Assembly (NCBI RefSeq): GCF_913773725.1
Contig: NZ_CAJYGK010000050.1
Coordinates: forward strand, 11,962-75,961
DNA from: an uncultured Aquabacterium sp.
GTDB lineage: Bacteria > Pseudomonadota > Gammaproteobacteria > Burkholderiales > Burkholderiaceae_C
Direction of reading: 5' to 3'
Length of the DNA stretch: 64,000 nucleotides
Shown here: piece after piece, positions 10,495 through 21,151 of the stretch
Position numbering within the stretch: the first letter of the stretch is position 1
Layout: the number at the start of each line of letters is the position of its first letter
Program-made: the position numbers and the translations under genes
Notes under the pieces: model-generated
What the model was told of the DNA's origin: nothing
What the model saw: the letters and a program-made list of their open reading frames with translations, nothing else
The model's database searches: none

Positions 10495-10782
10495 ATGAGC
10501 AAGACACCCGCACTGGACATCGTCCATCACCCCGAGATCGGCCGGTTCGAGGCCATCGTCGACGGCCTGCGATGCGAGGCCGACTACGTGCTGCAGGGCC
10601 AGGTGATGCGCATGACGCACACCGGCGTCCCGCGCGCCCTGGAAGGCCGCGGCATTGCGGCCGCCCTCGTCTCCCACGCGCTGGGCTGGGCGCGAGAACA
10701 GGGCTACAAGGTCCAGCCCGTGTGCAGCTATGTGGCGGTCTACATGCGCCGCCACCCGGAGTGGCAGGACCTCGCTGCCTGA
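10495..10782 (+). CDS. Small GNAT N-acetyltransferase (YjdJ-like)
   Basis: THTGVPRALEGRGIAAAL and PVCSYV motifs; RBS GAGGAG upstream. Confidence 0.85.
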   Translation: MSKTPALDIVHHPEIGRFEAIVDGLRCEADYVLQGQVMRMTHTGVPRALEGRGIAAALVSHALGWAREQGYKVQPVCSYVAVYMRRHPEWQDLAA

Positions 10783-10803
10783 GCGCGATGCCGCTGGCCG
10801 TCC

Positions 10804-12123
10804 TCAGACACGCGCAATGAGGGCCGCAACGGCCTGTGCCATGCGCTGCGCCGCCCCCCGGTGGCTGACCGCAAAGGCCAGGGCCGCCGCGCTGGCTTGA
10901 GCGCGCGCGCCCGGCTCGGTCAGCCGCACCGCTTCGTTCACACCCGCGCGCCAGTCGGACACCCGATGAGCCGCCCCGGCCGCCTCGCTCAATTCGGCGG
11001 CCAGTGCGAAGTTGAAGGTCGATGGCCCCATGACCACCGGACAGCCGCAGGCCGCCGCCTCGATCAGGTTCTGCCCCCCCAGCGGGGCAAAACTGCCCCC
11101 CAGCAGCGCCACATCGGCCGCGGCGTAGTAGGCCGGCATCTCCCCCATCGTGTCGCCCAGCCACACGTCGGCGGCGCACGCCGTGGCGTCCGGGCCGGAC
11201 TGCGGCCACGTGCTGCGGCGCGACAGCGTGAAGCCCGCGGCCTGCACTGCCTTCGCCACCTCGTCGAACCGCTGCGGGTGCCGCGGCACGATGAACAGGC
11301 GCGGGCGGCGGTCCAACGGCAGGTTCTGCCACGCCGCAAGCAGGTCGGGCTCCTCGCCCTCGCGGGTGCTGGCTGCCAGCACCACCGGCCGCGCATCCAC
11401 ACGCCAGGCCCGCCCCCGCGCCAGCAGCGTCTCATCGGGTTGCATGTCGAACTTCACATTCCCGGCCACCTCGACCCGGGAGGCCCCCATGGCCCGCAGC
11501 CGATCCGCATCGGCCTGGGTCTGCGCCAGGCACAGCGCCAGCGCGCGCGCGGCGGGCCGCATCAGGGCCGACAGGCGCTGCCCCTGTCGCAGGCTCTTCT
11601 CGCTCAGGCGGGCATTGGCCAGCACCATGGGCACGCCCGACCGAACCGCCTCATGCTGCAGATTGGGCCACACCTCGGTTTCCATCAGCACCCCTACGGC
11701 CGGCCGGTGCACGGCCAGGAACCGCCGCACCGCGCCCGGGGTGTCATAGGGCAACCAGGTCTGCACGTCGCCAGGCTGCAGCAGTGCACGCCCCGCTTCG
11801 CGACCCGTGGCCGTGGTGTGCGTGAGCACAAGCCGCATGCCCGGACACGCCACCCGCAGCGCCTGAATCAGCGGCGCGGCTGCGCGCGCTTCACCGAGGG
11901 ACACGGCATGGACCCACACACAGGGCCCTGGCTGCGGCAACAACCGGCCTCGATAAGCCCGACCGTAGAGCCCCAGCCGCCACGGCCAGTGGGCCCGGTA
12001 AGCGGGCTCCTCGCAGCCGCGCGCCCACACCCGCCACAGGTAGGCCGGCGTGCCCAGACGCAGCAACAGGGAATAGGCCTGGCGGGCCAGCCAGGCGCTC
12101 AATGCGTGATCGGACAAAGGCAA
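10804..12123 (-). CDS. waaA: 3-deoxy-D-manno-octulosonate (Kdo) transferase
   Basis: WVHAVSLGE, LPYDTP, ETEVWPN, GNVKFD, GGSFAPLGGQN. Confidence 0.95.
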   Translation of the reverse strand: MPLSDHALSAWLARQAYSLLLRLGTPAYLWRVWARGCEEPAYRAHWPWRLGLYGRAYRGRLLPQPGPCVWVHAVSLGEARAAAPLIQALRVACPGMRLVLTHTTATGREAGRALLQPGDVQTWLPYDTPGAVRRFLAVHRPAVGVLMETEVWPNLQHEAVRSGVPMVLANARLSEKSLRQGQRLSALMRPAARALALCLAQTQADADRLRAMGASRVEVAGNVKFDMQPDETLLARGRAWRVDARPVVLAASTREGEEPDLLAAWQNLPLDRRPRLFIVPRHPQRFDEVAKAVQAAGFTLSRRSTWPQSGPDATACAADVWLGDTMGEMPAYYAAADVALLGGSFAPLGGQNLIEAAACGCPVVMGPSTFNFALAAELSEAAGAAHRVSDWRAGVNEAVRLTEPGARAQASAAALAFAVSHRGAAQRMAQAVAALIARV

Positions 12124-12213
12124 CGCTTTCGGGACAGCAAACCCGAAATGCTAGCCGAGAGCCGACGCGGGGCACGGGAGGCCCTGCGTCGTCGGCTCAC
12201 CGCAGCGTCGCGC

Positions 12214-13605
12214 TCAGTGGGCCGAGGCACCGACGTGGGCGTCGGGCTTCACGGCCAGGATGGCGTCCATGAAGACCTTGCGGATGCGCTCCAGGGCTTC
12301 CGGGCTCTGCCCTTCGAAGCGCAGCACCAGCACCGGCGTGGTGTTCGACGCGCGGACCAGGCCGAAGCCGTCCTCGTAGTCGGCGCGCAGGCCGTCGATC
12401 GTGGTGACCTCGCGTGCGCCTTCGAACTTGGCCGTTTCACGCAGTTTTTCGACCACGGCGTGGTGCTCGCCTTCGGCACAGGCCACGTTCAGCTCCGGCG
12501 TGCTGAAGCTGGTGGGCAACGCATTGAGCACGGCGCTTGGATCGGCCTCCTTGCTCAGGATCTCCAGCAGGCGACCGGCGGTGTAGGTGGCGTCATCGAA
12601 GCCGTACCAGCGCTCGGCAAAGAAGATGTGGCCCGACATTTCGCCCGCAAACGGCGCGCCCGTTTCCTTCAGCTTGGCCTTCACCAGCGAATGGCCGGTC
12701 TTGTACATCACCGGCTCGCCACCGGCCGCACGGATGGCCAGCGCGAGTTGCTGGCTGCACTTCACGTCATAAATGATCTTGCCACCCGGCACCCGGCTCA
12801 GGATGTCTCGCGCGAACAGCATGATCTGCCGGTCCGGGAAGATGTTCTGGCCGTCACGGGTGATCACGCCCAGGCGGTCACCGTCGCCGTCAAAGGCCAG
12901 GCCCAGATCGGCGCCCTGCGCCTTCACCGCGGCAATCAGGTCCTGCAGGTTTTCGGGCTTGGAGGGATCGGGATGGTGGTTGGGGAAATCGCCGTCGACC
13001 TCGGAGTACAGCTCGGTGACCTCACATCCCAGCGCACGCAGGATGCCCGGGGCCGACGCGCCCGGAATGCCGTTGCCCGAGTCCACCACGATCTTCAGCG
13101 GGCGGCTCAGCTTGCAGTCGCCGACGATGCGCTGGGTGTACTCCGGCAGGATGTCCAGGGCCGTGAGGCGCCCCTCGCCGGTGGCGTAGTCCTCGCGCTC
13201 GATGCGCTGACGCAGGCCCTGAATGTCATCGCCGTAGATCGCACGGCCAGCCAGCACCATCTTGAAGCCGTTGTAGTCCTTGGGGTTGTGGCTGCCCGTC
13301 ACCTGGATGCCGCTGTGGCACCCCTGCTCGCCTCGCGTGGCGGCCACGTAATACAGCATCGGGGTGGTGACGGCACCGAGGTCGATCACGTCGATGCCGG
13401 TCGAGCGCAGGCCCTTGATCAGCGCACCACTCAGCGACGGGCCGGACACGCGCCCATCACGGCCCACGGCCACGGCCTTCTCGCCGAGCTTGAGCGCCTC
13501 GGTACCGAAGGCGCGCCCCAGGTGCTCGGCCACGGCCTCGCTCAAGGTCTGCCCGACGATGCCCCGGATGTCGTAGGCCTTGAAGATGGAAGCCGCAACT
13601 TGCAT
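12214..13605 (-). CDS. Phosphomannomutase/phosphoglucomutase (AlgC-like)
   Basis: FKAYDIRG, TGSHNP, DGDGDR, GEMSGH; start MQVAASIF at 13605. Confidence 0.95.
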   Translation of the reverse strand: MQVAASIFKAYDIRGIVGQTLSEAVAEHLGRAFGTEALKLGEKAVAVGRDGRVSGPSLSGALIKGLRSTGIDVIDLGAVTTPMLYYVAATRGEQGCHSGIQVTGSHNPKDYNGFKMVLAGRAIYGDDIQGLRQRIEREDYATGEGRLTALDILPEYTQRIVGDCKLSRPLKIVVDSGNGIPGASAPGILRALGCEVTELYSEVDGDFPNHHPDPSKPENLQDLIAAVKAQGADLGLAFDGDGDRLGVITRDGQNIFPDRQIMLFARDILSRVPGGKIIYDVKCSQQLALAIRAAGGEPVMYKTGHSLVKAKLKETGAPFAGEMSGHIFFAERWYGFDDATYTAGRLLEILSKEADPSAVLNALPTSFSTPELNVACAEGEHHAVVEKLRETAKFEGAREVTTIDGLRADYEDGFGLVRASNTTPVLVLRFEGQSPEALERIRKVFMDAILAVKPDAHVGASAH

Positions 13606-13796
13606 GGTGGTCCTTTGCTGAATGAATGATGGATACGCCAAGAATGTGGTGCATTTTAGAGACCGCCTCGTGACCATCTGCAAAACCCGCATCGACCTGG
13701 CTTGGCCCCCCATGAACGAAGGGCCTGACATGCCTTCCGCGTTGTGAATCCGGTGCGTCCGGCGTGTACCGGCGCGTTCCGCTAGCATCGGGCCGC

Positions 13797-14732
13797 ATGC
13801 ATCTCAAAGATCACCTGTCGCTGCTGCTGCTCGCCGCCTTGTGGGGCGCGTCCTTTCTGTTCCTGCGGCAGGCTGCGCCGGTGGTGGGCCCGGTCATCGT
13901 GGCCACGGTGCGCACGCTGGGGGGCGCCCTGGTGCTGCTGCCCTTGTTGATGTTGCGCCAGAGCGCGCCCCGCCCGCTGTCCGTGTTGAAACAGCAAGGC
14001 TGGACGCTGGCCGGCGTGGCGTTGACTTCGACGCTGTTGCCCTTTCTGTTCCTCAGCCAGGCAGCGCTGTCGCTGTCGGCCGGCTTGATGTCCATCCTCA
14101 ACGCCTCGACTCCGCTGTGGGGCGCGGCGATCGGCTGGGTGTGGACCCGCGAGCCGCTGGGACGCCGACGCCTGCTCGGGTTGGCCACGGGCTTTGCCGG
14201 CGTCGTGCTGCTGTCCGCCGAGCGCCTTCACGGCGGGCATGCATCCGGGCTCGCCATCCTGTTCGTGCTGCTGGCCACGTTCTGTTATGCCCTGTCCGTC
14301 CACACGATCCAGCGAAAGCTGCACGGCGTTCCGTCCTTGACGATCACGACCTTGACCCTTGGCATCACGGGCATGGCGCTGCTGCTGCCCGCCTGCCTGG
14401 GTGGGCTGCCTGCGACGGCCGGCGCGGGGCACGACCTTTCCCTCACGGTCTGGATCGCACTGGGCGGCCTGGCCGTGCTGTGCACCGGCTTCGCTTATGA
14501 CCTCTTCAACCGCCTCATTGCGCGGGTGGGGGCCAGTCGGGCGATCTCGGTCACCTTCCTGATCCCGGTGTTCGGGATGCTGTGGGGCACCCTGTTTCTG
14601 GGCGAAACGGTGAGCGCCAGCATGCTGCTCGGCACCGCCGTCATCCTGGCAGGCACGCTCCTGTCCAACCAGGGAGCGGTCCCTGTTTCGCGCACGGCCC
14701 GCCCCATTCACTTCGAAGAGGAGACCCGATGA
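13797..14732 (+). CDS. EamA/DMT family transporter
   Basis: LWGASFLF, NASTPLW, TFLIPVFGMLWG.LFLGE; about 10 TM segments. Confidence 0.88.
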   Translation: MHLKDHLSLLLLAALWGASFLFLRQAAPVVGPVIVATVRTLGGALVLLPLLMLRQSAPRPLSVLKQQGWTLAGVALTSTLLPFLFLSQAALSLSAGLMSILNASTPLWGAAIGWVWTREPLGRRRLLGLATGFAGVVLLSAERLHGGHASGLAILFVLLATFCYALSVHTIQRKLHGVPSLTITTLTLGITGMALLLPACLGGLPATAGAGHDLSLTVWIALGGLAVLCTGFAYDLFNRLIARVGASRAISVTFLIPVFGMLWGTLFLGETVSASMLLGTAVILAGTLLSNQGAVPVSRTARPIHFEEETR

Positions 14733-15208
14733 GCACACGCTCCCCCCGCTGGCAGTGGGAAGATTTCACCGAAGGCCTGAGCATGACCTTCGGGCCGAAA
14801 GAGGTCACGCGCGACGAGGTCGTCGCTTTCGCTCGCGATTTCGATCCCCAGCCCTTCCACCTCGATGAGGAAGCAGGCAAAGCCTCGCTGTTCGGCGGCC
14901 TGGCCGCCAGCGGCTGGCACACGGCCGGCATCGTGATGCGCCTGATGTGCGACGGCTTTCTGCTGGATTCGTCCAGCCTGGGCTCACCTGGCCTGGACAC
15001 GCTGAAGTGGCTCAAGCCCGTGCTGGTGGGCGACCAACTGCGTGCCCGCATGACGGTGCTGGCCTCACGGCCCATGAAGAGCCGCGCCCATGTGGGCCTG
15101 GTGCAGACGCGCTGGGAAGCCCTGAATCAGCGCGACGAGGTCGTGATGCTGATCGAGAGCTGGGGCATGTTCGGGCGCCGCGAACCGGCAGCCCAGCCGG
15201 AGGGCTGA
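14729..15208 (+). CDS. MaoC family dehydratase
   Basis: FARDFDPQPFHLD, ASGWHT, SPGLDTLKWLKPV; ATGA overlap with the EamA gene. Confidence 0.9.
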   Translation: MSTRSPRWQWEDFTEGLSMTFGPKEVTRDEVVAFARDFDPQPFHLDEEAGKASLFGGLAASGWHTAGIVMRLMCDGFLLDSSSLGSPGLDTLKWLKPVLVGDQLRARMTVLASRPMKSRAHVGLVQTRWEALNQRDEVVMLIESWGMFGRREPAAQPEG

Positions 15209-15247
15209 ACCGAGATCGCCCGTGCGGTTTGCTCGGGCTGGCGCCGC

Positions 15248-15290
15248 AAAGCAAAAAGCCCTGATGCACAGGCATCAGGGCTTTGCTTTT
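15248..15290. terminator. Bidirectional rho-independent terminator between the MaoC gene and the tRNA operon
   Basis: AAAGCCCTGATGC-ACAG-GCATCAGGGCTTT flanked by A and T tracts. Confidence 0.85.
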
Positions 15291-15292
15291 CT

Positions 15293-15369
15293 TGGCGGAG
15301 TGGACGGGACTCGAACCCGCGACCCCCGGCGTGACAGGCCGGTATTCTAACCGACTGAACTACCACTCC
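15293..15369 (-). tRNA. tRNA-Asp(GTC), copy 2
   Basis: GGAGTGGTAGTTCAGTCGG...CTGTCAC...GGTTCGAGTCC...CCA, 77 nt. Confidence 0.97.
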
Positions 15370-15429
15370 GCGTCGGTGACGACTTCGGCTTCACATGCAA
15401 GCATGCTCAACCCAAGTGCCGTCAAAACT

Positions 15430-15505
15430 TGGCGTCCCCTAGGGGATTCGAACCCCTGTAGTCACCGTGAAAGGGTGGTGTCCTAGGCCTCTAGACGAAG
15501 GGGAC
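15430..15505 (-). tRNA. tRNA-Glu(TTC), copy 2
   Basis: GTCCCCTTCGTCTAGAGG...CTTTCAC...GGTTCGAATCC...CCA, 76 nt. Confidence 0.97.
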
Positions 15506-15590
15506 TCCGTCTCAACAAATTGTATCTGACACAAACCGTCTCGCTACCGGCCCTGACGCCACCGACCAACAGGACACCCTGTCGGCATTC

Positions 15591-15666
<76 letters not shown>

Positions 15667-15760
15667 GTTCGTGTTGCCACGTTCAGGGCGCCAGACTGGC
15701 ACCGAGACTGTTTCCATCAACGGCGTTGCTGTGTCACCAGCAACGCCCATTCAAAAGAAC

Positions 15761-15837
15761 TGGCGGAGTGGACGGGACTCGAACCCGCGACCCCCGGCGT
15801 GACAGGCCGGTATTCTAACCGACTGAACTACCACTCC
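15761..15837 (-). tRNA. tRNA-Asp(GTC), copy 1
   Basis: Same sequence as 15293-15369. Confidence 0.97.
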
Positions 15838-15888
15838 GCGTCGGTAACGACTTTGCTGACATCGCTGCCAGCCAAGTGCCGTCAAACT

Positions 15889-15964
15889 TGGCGTCCCCTA
15901 GGGGATTCGAACCCCTGTAGTCACCGTGAAAGGGTGGTGTCCTAGGCCTCTAGACGAAGGGGAC
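15889..15964 (-). tRNA. tRNA-Glu(TTC), copy 1
   Basis: Same sequence as 15430-15505. Confidence 0.97.
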
Positions 15965-16039
15965 TGAATTCCTTCATGCAACCTGATCGACGCTCTACCC
16001 GACACACTCTGCAACCAGACACCGACCAGATTGCTCTGG

Positions 16040-16115
<76 letters not shown>

Positions 16116-16200
16116 TTTTGATGCGCATTTGGATTTGCATCCTTCGGGTTGCCCGGCTGCTTTGTCGTTTCGAACAAAGCGTCGTTCAAGCGAGAATGAG

Positions 16201-16230
16201 AGTATATGTCGATTTTTCTGCCGTTGGCAA
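16201..16230 (-). promoter_or_regulatory. Sigma70 promoter of the tRNA operon
   Basis: Minus strand TTGCCA-N18-TATACT, about 85 nt upstream of tRNA-Ala. Confidence 0.7.
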
Positions 16231-16233
16231 GCC

Positions 16234-17652
16234 TCAGCTGTTTTTCTGCAACCGTTGCACCACAACGTCACGTTCAAACAACACCAGCGCTGCATCGACG
16301 GACGGGGTCTGCGAACGGCCACACACCAGCAGACGCACGGGGATGGCCAGTTGCGGCATCTTCAGGCCGAACTCGCCCAGCGTGTCCTTGATGGCCTGGC
16401 TGATGGCCGGTGCCTCCCACGCCACGCCCTTCAGGCGTTCTGCCAGCGCGGCCACGGCCGGCTTGACGGCGTCGGTCAGCTTGGCAGCCAGCTCATCGGC
16501 CGGCGGGGTCACGTCGGCCACATACATGGTCAGCCACTCCGCCAGCTCGACCGTGGTGCTGCAGCGGTCCTTGAACAGCGCGCAATGCGGGGCCAGCGCG
16601 GCGTCGTCGGCCACTTCATGGCCCTTGGCGCGCAGGTGCTTGGCCACCAGGGCCGACAGGCGGGCGTCGTCGGCGTGCTTCACGTAGTGGGCGTTGACCC
16701 ACGCCAGCTTGGCCGCATCCCACTGGGCCGGGCTCTTGTTGAGGTGCGAGCCATCGAACCAAGACACCATCTGCTCGATGGTGAACAGCTCTTCGTCGCC
16801 ATGGCTCCAGCCCAGGCGGGCCAGGTAGTTCAGCATGGCTTCGGGCAGGTAGCCCATTTCTTCGTAGTTCGACACCGCCACGGCGCCGCGGCGCTTGGAC
16901 AGTTTGGTGCCGTCGTCACCCAGGATGACGGGCAGGTGGCCGAACTGCGGCAGCGCGGCGCCCAGCGCGCGGTAGATGTTGATCTGCCAGGGCGTGTTGT
17001 TGATGTGCTCGTCGCCACGGAAGACGTGGGTGATTTGCATGTCCCAGTCGTCGACCACCACGGCGAAGTTGTAGGTGGGCACGCCGTCCGGACGCTGGAT
17101 GATGAGGTCGTCGATCTCGCGGTTGTTGATCGTGATCGGCCCCTTGACGAGGTCGTCCCAGGTCACGTCGCCTTCCAGCGGGTTGGCGAAGCGCACCACG
17201 GGCTTCACGCCCTCCGGGATCGGAGGCAGAACCTTGCCCGGAGCGGGGCGCCAGCGGCCGTCGTAGCCGGTCTTCTCGCCGCGGGCCTTCTGGGCCTCGC
17301 GCATGGCGTCCAGCTCTTCCGGCGTGGCGTAGCAGCGGTAGGCTGTGCCGTTGGCCAGCATCTGGTCAATCACCTGCTGGTAGCGGTCCAGACGCTGCAT
17401 CTGGTAGATCGGGCCTTCGTCGTAGTCCAGGCCCAGCCAGTGCATGGACTGCAGGATCTGCTCGACCGACTCCTGGGTGGAGCGCGCCACGTCGGTGTCT
17501 TCGATGCGCAGCACGAACTGGCCGCCGTGGTGGCGGGCATAAGCCCAGGAATACAGCGCGGTGCGGGCGGTGCCCAGATGCAGGTAGCCGGTCGGCGACG
17601 GGGCGATCCGGGTGCGGACGACGCCGGTGGGGTGGGTGGCAGCGTTGCTCAT
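16234..17652 (-). CDS. gltX: Glutamate--tRNA ligase
   Basis: [13 protein letters not shown] (HIGH-like) and KLSKR (KMSKS-like) motifs. Confidence 0.97.
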   Translation of the reverse strand: MSNAATHPTGVVRTRIAPSPTGYLHLGTARTALYSWAYARHHGGQFVLRIEDTDVARSTQESVEQILQSMHWLGLDYDEGPIYQMQRLDRYQQVIDQMLANGTAYRCYATPEELDAMREAQKARGEKTGYDGRWRPAPGKVLPPIPEGVKPVVRFANPLEGDVTWDDLVKGPITINNREIDDLIIQRPDGVPTYNFAVVVDDWDMQITHVFRGDEHINNTPWQINIYRALGAALPQFGHLPVILGDDGTKLSKRRGAVAVSNYEEMGYLPEAMLNYLARLGWSHGDEELFTIEQMVSWFDGSHLNKSPAQWDAAKLAWVNAHYVKHADDARLSALVAKHLRAKGHEVADDAALAPHCALFKDRCSTTVELAEWLTMYVADVTPPADELAAKLTDAVKPAVAALAERLKGVAWEAPAISQAIKDTLGEFGLKMPQLAIPVRLLVCGRSQTPSVDAALVLFERDVVVQRLQKNS

Positions 17653-18935
17653 GTGTTCAGGGTATCCAGGCCACGGGCCAGATCGGCCGTGAGGTCATCG
17701 ATGTGTTCCAGGCCGACGGCCACGCGGATCATGCCCTGCGTGATGCCCGCGGCCAGGCGCTGGGCTTCGGTCAGGCGCCCGTGCGAGGTGCTCGACGGGT
17801 GGGTGATCAGCGTCTTGGTGTCGCCCAGGTTGGAGGTGATCGAGCACAGACGGGTCTGGTCGATCACGTGGAAAGCAGCCTGTCGCAGGCGTAGGGCGGC
17901 CTCGTCCAGCGTGGCGGGACCGGGCACGGTGACGTCGCCTGCCGCGGGCCGGGTCGTGAAGGACACGACGGCCCCGCCGCAGCCATTCTGCTGCTTCATC
18001 GCCAAGGCGTGCTGCGGGTGGCTGGGCAGGCCGGGGTAGAAGACCTGTTCGACCTTCGGGTGTTGCTCGAGCCACTGTGCGAGCTTGAGCGCGTTGGTGC
18101 TCTGCGCGGCCATGCGGATGGACAGCGTCTCGAGGCCTTTGAGCACGACCCACGCATTGAACGGCGACAGCGTCATGCCGGCACCGCGCAAGGTCGTCAT
18201 CAGCGGGCCGTTGATGAGGGCGTCCGGACCACAGACGGCGCCGGCCAGCACCCTGCCCTGCCCGTCCAGGTACTTGGTGCCCGAATGGATGACGAGGTCG
18301 GCGCCCAGGTCGACCGGCCGTTGCAGCGCCGGGGTGCAGAAGCAGTTGTCGACCGCGAGCAGTGCACCGTGCGCGTGGGCCACCTCGGCCAGCGCGGCGA
18401 TGTCGCACACCTCGGTGAGCGGGTTGCTGGGGGTTTCGGCGAACAGCAGCCTGGTGTTGGGGCGCATGGCGTCACGCCACTGCTGCACATCGGTCTGCGA
18501 CACGAAGGTGGTCTCGACGCCGAACTTGCCGAACTGCGTGGCCAGCAGGGTGATGGTCGAGCCGAACACGCTGTGCGAGCACACCACATGGTCGCCCGCC
18601 TTGAGCAGGCCCATGACCATGAGCAGGATGGCGCTCATGCCGCTGGCGGTGGCAATGCACGCCTCGGTGCCTTCGAGCGCGGCCAGGCGGCGCTCGAACA
18701 TCATCGTGGTGGGGTTGGTGAAGCGCGAGTAGACGAAGGCTTCTTCTTCGTTGGCAAAGCGCGCGGCGGCCGTGGCGGCATCCGGGTGGTTGAAGCTGCT
18801 GGTCAGGAACAGCGCCTCGGAGTTTTCGCCCCACTGCGTGGGCGGCAGCCCTTCGCGCACCGCCAGGGTGTCGATGTGGGCATCGGCCGGCAGGTCTTTG
18901 CGCGGCAGTCGTTTCTTGTCTTGCTCGGCCATCAT
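17649..18935 (-). CDS. metZ: O-succinylhomoserine sulfhydrylase
   Basis: [29 protein letters not shown] lysine, RVAVGLE; follows purF; start MMAEQD. Confidence 0.9.
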   Translation of the reverse strand: MMAEQDKKRLPRKDLPADAHIDTLAVREGLPPTQWGENSEALFLTSSFNHPDAATAAARFANEEEAFVYSRFTNPTTMMFERRLAALEGTEACIATASGMSAILLMVMGLLKAGDHVVCSHSVFGSTITLLATQFGKFGVETTFVSQTDVQQWRDAMRPNTRLLFAETPSNPLTEVCDIAALAEVAHAHGALLAVDNCFCTPALQRPVDLGADLVIHSGTKYLDGQGRVLAGAVCGPDALINGPLMTTLRGAGMTLSPFNAWVVLKGLETLSIRMAAQSTNALKLAQWLEQHPKVEQVFYPGLPSHPQHALAMKQQNGCGGAVVSFTTRPAAGDVTVPGPATLDEAALRLRQAAFHVIDQTRLCSITSNLGDTKTLITHPSSTSHGRLTEAQRLAAGITQGMIRVAVGLEHIDDLTADLARGLDTLNT

Positions 18936-19030
18936 CGGCCCCTTTCGTCGGCCGGCCGCGGGTTTGGCCGGCCCGGTGTTACGCGGATCACGAGGGGAAA
19001 CCGGGTACGGACCCGGCCCCTGACGTGCCG

Positions 19031-20557
19031 TCACTCAGGCTGGTTCTGCAGCGCCAGGCGAGAGTTCACCGCCTCTTCCTCGCCCTTCTGGGTGAGGCGC
19101 TGCGACTCGATGGCGGCGAAGTCGGCGGCACCGACGTCGCCCGTGATGTAGCAGCCATCGAAGCACGAGGCCTCGAAGCCCTCGATCTTCCGGTTGAGCT
19201 TGCCCACCACCTTCTTCATCGCGTCCACGTCCTGATAGATCAGGGCATCGCAGCCGATGATCTGACGGATGTCCTCCAGCGAGCGTCCATGGGCCACCAG
19301 TTCGCTCTTGGTCGGCATGTCGATGCCGTACACGTTGGGGAAGCGCACGGGCGGCGCGGCCGACGCCAGGTAGACCTTGGCTGCGCCGGCCTCGCGAGCC
19401 ATCTGGACGATTTCCTTCGAGGTGGTGCCACGCACAATGGAGTCGTCCACCAGCAGCACGTTGCGGCCCTTGAACTCCAGGCCGATGGCGTTGAGCTTCT
19501 GGCGCACGGACTTCTTGCGCACGCCCTGCCCCGGCATGATGAAGGTGCGGCCCACGTAGCGGTTCTTCACGAAGCCCTCGCGGTAGGGCTTGCCCAGCTT
19601 CTGCGCCAGCTGCATGGCCGAGGGCCGGCTGGACTCGGGAATGGGGATGACCACGTCGATCTCGGACGGCGGCATCGTGTTGATGACGCGCTGGGCCAGG
19701 GTCTCGCCCATTTCGAGGCGAGCCTGGTAGACCGACACCCCGTCGATGACGGAGTCGGGACGCGCCAGGTAGACGTACTCGAACATGCAGGGATTGAGGA
19801 TGGTCTTCTCAGCGCACTGCTCGGCGTGCACGACGCCATCGAGGTCGACGAAGAGCGCCTCACCGGGCTGCACGTCGCGCACGAACTTGTGGCTGGTGCC
19901 TTCCAGGGCGACCGACTCGCTGGCCACCATCACTTCGCGGCCTTCAGGCAGGTCAGCCTCGCCGTAGCACAGCGGGCGAATGCCGAACGGATCACGAAAC
20001 GCCACCAGGCCGTAGCCCGCGATGAGGGCCACCACAGCGTACGAGCCCTTGATGCGCTTGTGCACGGCTTTCACGGCCGAGAACACCGCGGCCGGCGTCA
20101 GCGGCAGTTCGCGCCCCGCCAGTTCGAGTTCGTGGGCGAACACGTTGAGCAGCACCTCGGTGTCGCTGTCGGTGTTCAGGTGGCGACGGTCGATGTCGAA
20201 CAGTTCCTTGCGCAGGTCGTGCGCATTGGTCAGGTTGCCGTTGTGCACGAGCACGATGCCGAACGGCGCGTTCACGTAGAAGGGCTGGGCCTCTTCCTCA
20301 TTGAAGGCGTTGCCGGCCGTGGGGTAACGAACCTGACCAAGGCCGACCGTACCGGGCAACGCACGCATGTTGCGGGTGCGGAAGACGTCCTTCACCATGC
20401 CACGGGCCTTGTGCATGAAGAACTTGCGACCATGCGCATCGGGGCCGGCCGTGACGATGCCGGCGGCGTCCTGACCACGGTGCTGCAGCAGCAGCAACGC
20501 GTCATAAATCAACTGGTTGACGGGCGCCTTGGAAATCACACCAACGATGCCGCACAT
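19031..20557 (-). CDS. purF: Amidophosphoribosyltransferase
   Basis: MCGIVG N-terminus, [19 protein letters not shown]. Confidence 0.98.
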   Translation of the reverse strand: MCGIVGVISKAPVNQLIYDALLLLQHRGQDAAGIVTAGPDAHGRKFFMHKARGMVKDVFRTRNMRALPGTVGLGQVRYPTAGNAFNEEEAQPFYVNAPFGIVLVHNGNLTNAHDLRKELFDIDRRHLNTDSDTEVLLNVFAHELELAGRELPLTPAAVFSAVKAVHKRIKGSYAVVALIAGYGLVAFRDPFGIRPLCYGEADLPEGREVMVASESVALEGTSHKFVRDVQPGEALFVDLDGVVHAEQCAEKTILNPCMFEYVYLARPDSVIDGVSVYQARLEMGETLAQRVINTMPPSEIDVVIPIPESSRPSAMQLAQKLGKPYREGFVKNRYVGRTFIMPGQGVRKKSVRQKLNAIGLEFKGRNVLLVDDSIVRGTTSKEIVQMAREAGAAKVYLASAAPPVRFPNVYGIDMPTKSELVAHGRSLEDIRQIIGCDALIYQDVDAMKKVVGKLNRKIEGFEASCFDGCYITGDVGAADFAAIESQRLTQKGEEEAVNSRLALQNQPE

Positions 20558-20598
20558 GGTTCACCTCTATTCCAGATCAAAAGCAAGAATTCGAACGA

Positions 20599-21132
20599 TC
20601 AGGTCTGTTCGGGCAGGAATTTGACCACCTGATCGGGCAGGACGGGGCGCAGCCCGTCCAATAACACTGCAAGCCACGCGACGCCGCGTGACGATTGCCA
20701 CGGCGCCCATTGGGCCAGCGGCGTCATGCTCACCAAAGTGGCGACCAACAAGGCCACCACAAGGCCTCGCGCCAGGCCAAACCCGGCGCCAAACAGGCGA
20801 TCCGGCCCGTTGAGGGGCGACTCGCGGGTCAGCTGGGTCACCACCCACGACAGCACGGCCCACATCAGCCAGGCCAGAACGAAGGCCACCAGCATGCCGG
20901 ACAGCAGATTGAGACGACCACCGGCCTCCCCTACCGGCACGTGGCCCGCCACGACCGGCCCGAACCACTGCGCGGACGCATAGGCCGCGCCCCAGCCCAG
21001 CAGGGACATGACCTCGTGTACCAGTCCGCGCCACGCCCCGACGATGACCGACAGCCCGAGGCCGATCAGCAGGGCCAGGTCGACAAAGGACCAGGTCGGG
21101 CCGGCTTCAACAATCGGGGTCACGGGATCCAT
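20599..21132 (-). CDS. cvpA: Colicin V production protein CvpA
   Basis: VD..LL...SVIVGAWRGLVHE, DRLFGAGFGLARG; lies between dedD and purF. Confidence 0.92.
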   Translation of the reverse strand: MDPVTPIVEAGPTWSFVDLALLIGLGLSVIVGAWRGLVHEVMSLLGWGAAYASAQWFGPVVAGHVPVGEAGGRLNLLSGMLVAFVLAWLMWAVLSWVVTQLTRESPLNGPDRLFGAGFGLARGLVVALLVATLVSMTPLAQWAPWQSSRGVAWLAVLLDGLRPVLPDQVVKFLPEQT

Positions 21133-21151
21133 GGGAAGCTGCGGGCGCGGG

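Noticed and set aside
12127-12198. Intergenic hairpins (also 23602-23619, 50865-50899, 57764-57785) as a REP/MITE family
   Set aside because: The stems share no sequence with each other; they are better explained as individual terminators or stability hairpins.
17880-17960. Short insertion in MetZ ([20 protein letters not shown]) as an intein or frameshift
   Set aside because: In frame, only about 15-20 aa, with no intein motifs; probably a surface-loop expansion.
18936-19025. Structured metZ leader (CCGGGT/ACCCGG and GGCCGGCC/GGCCGGCC hairpins next to the SD) as a SAM riboswitch
   Set aside because: Lacks the conserved SAM-I, SAM-II and SAH core sequences I recall; GC-rich hairpins are expected by chance. 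An Rfam scan would settle it.
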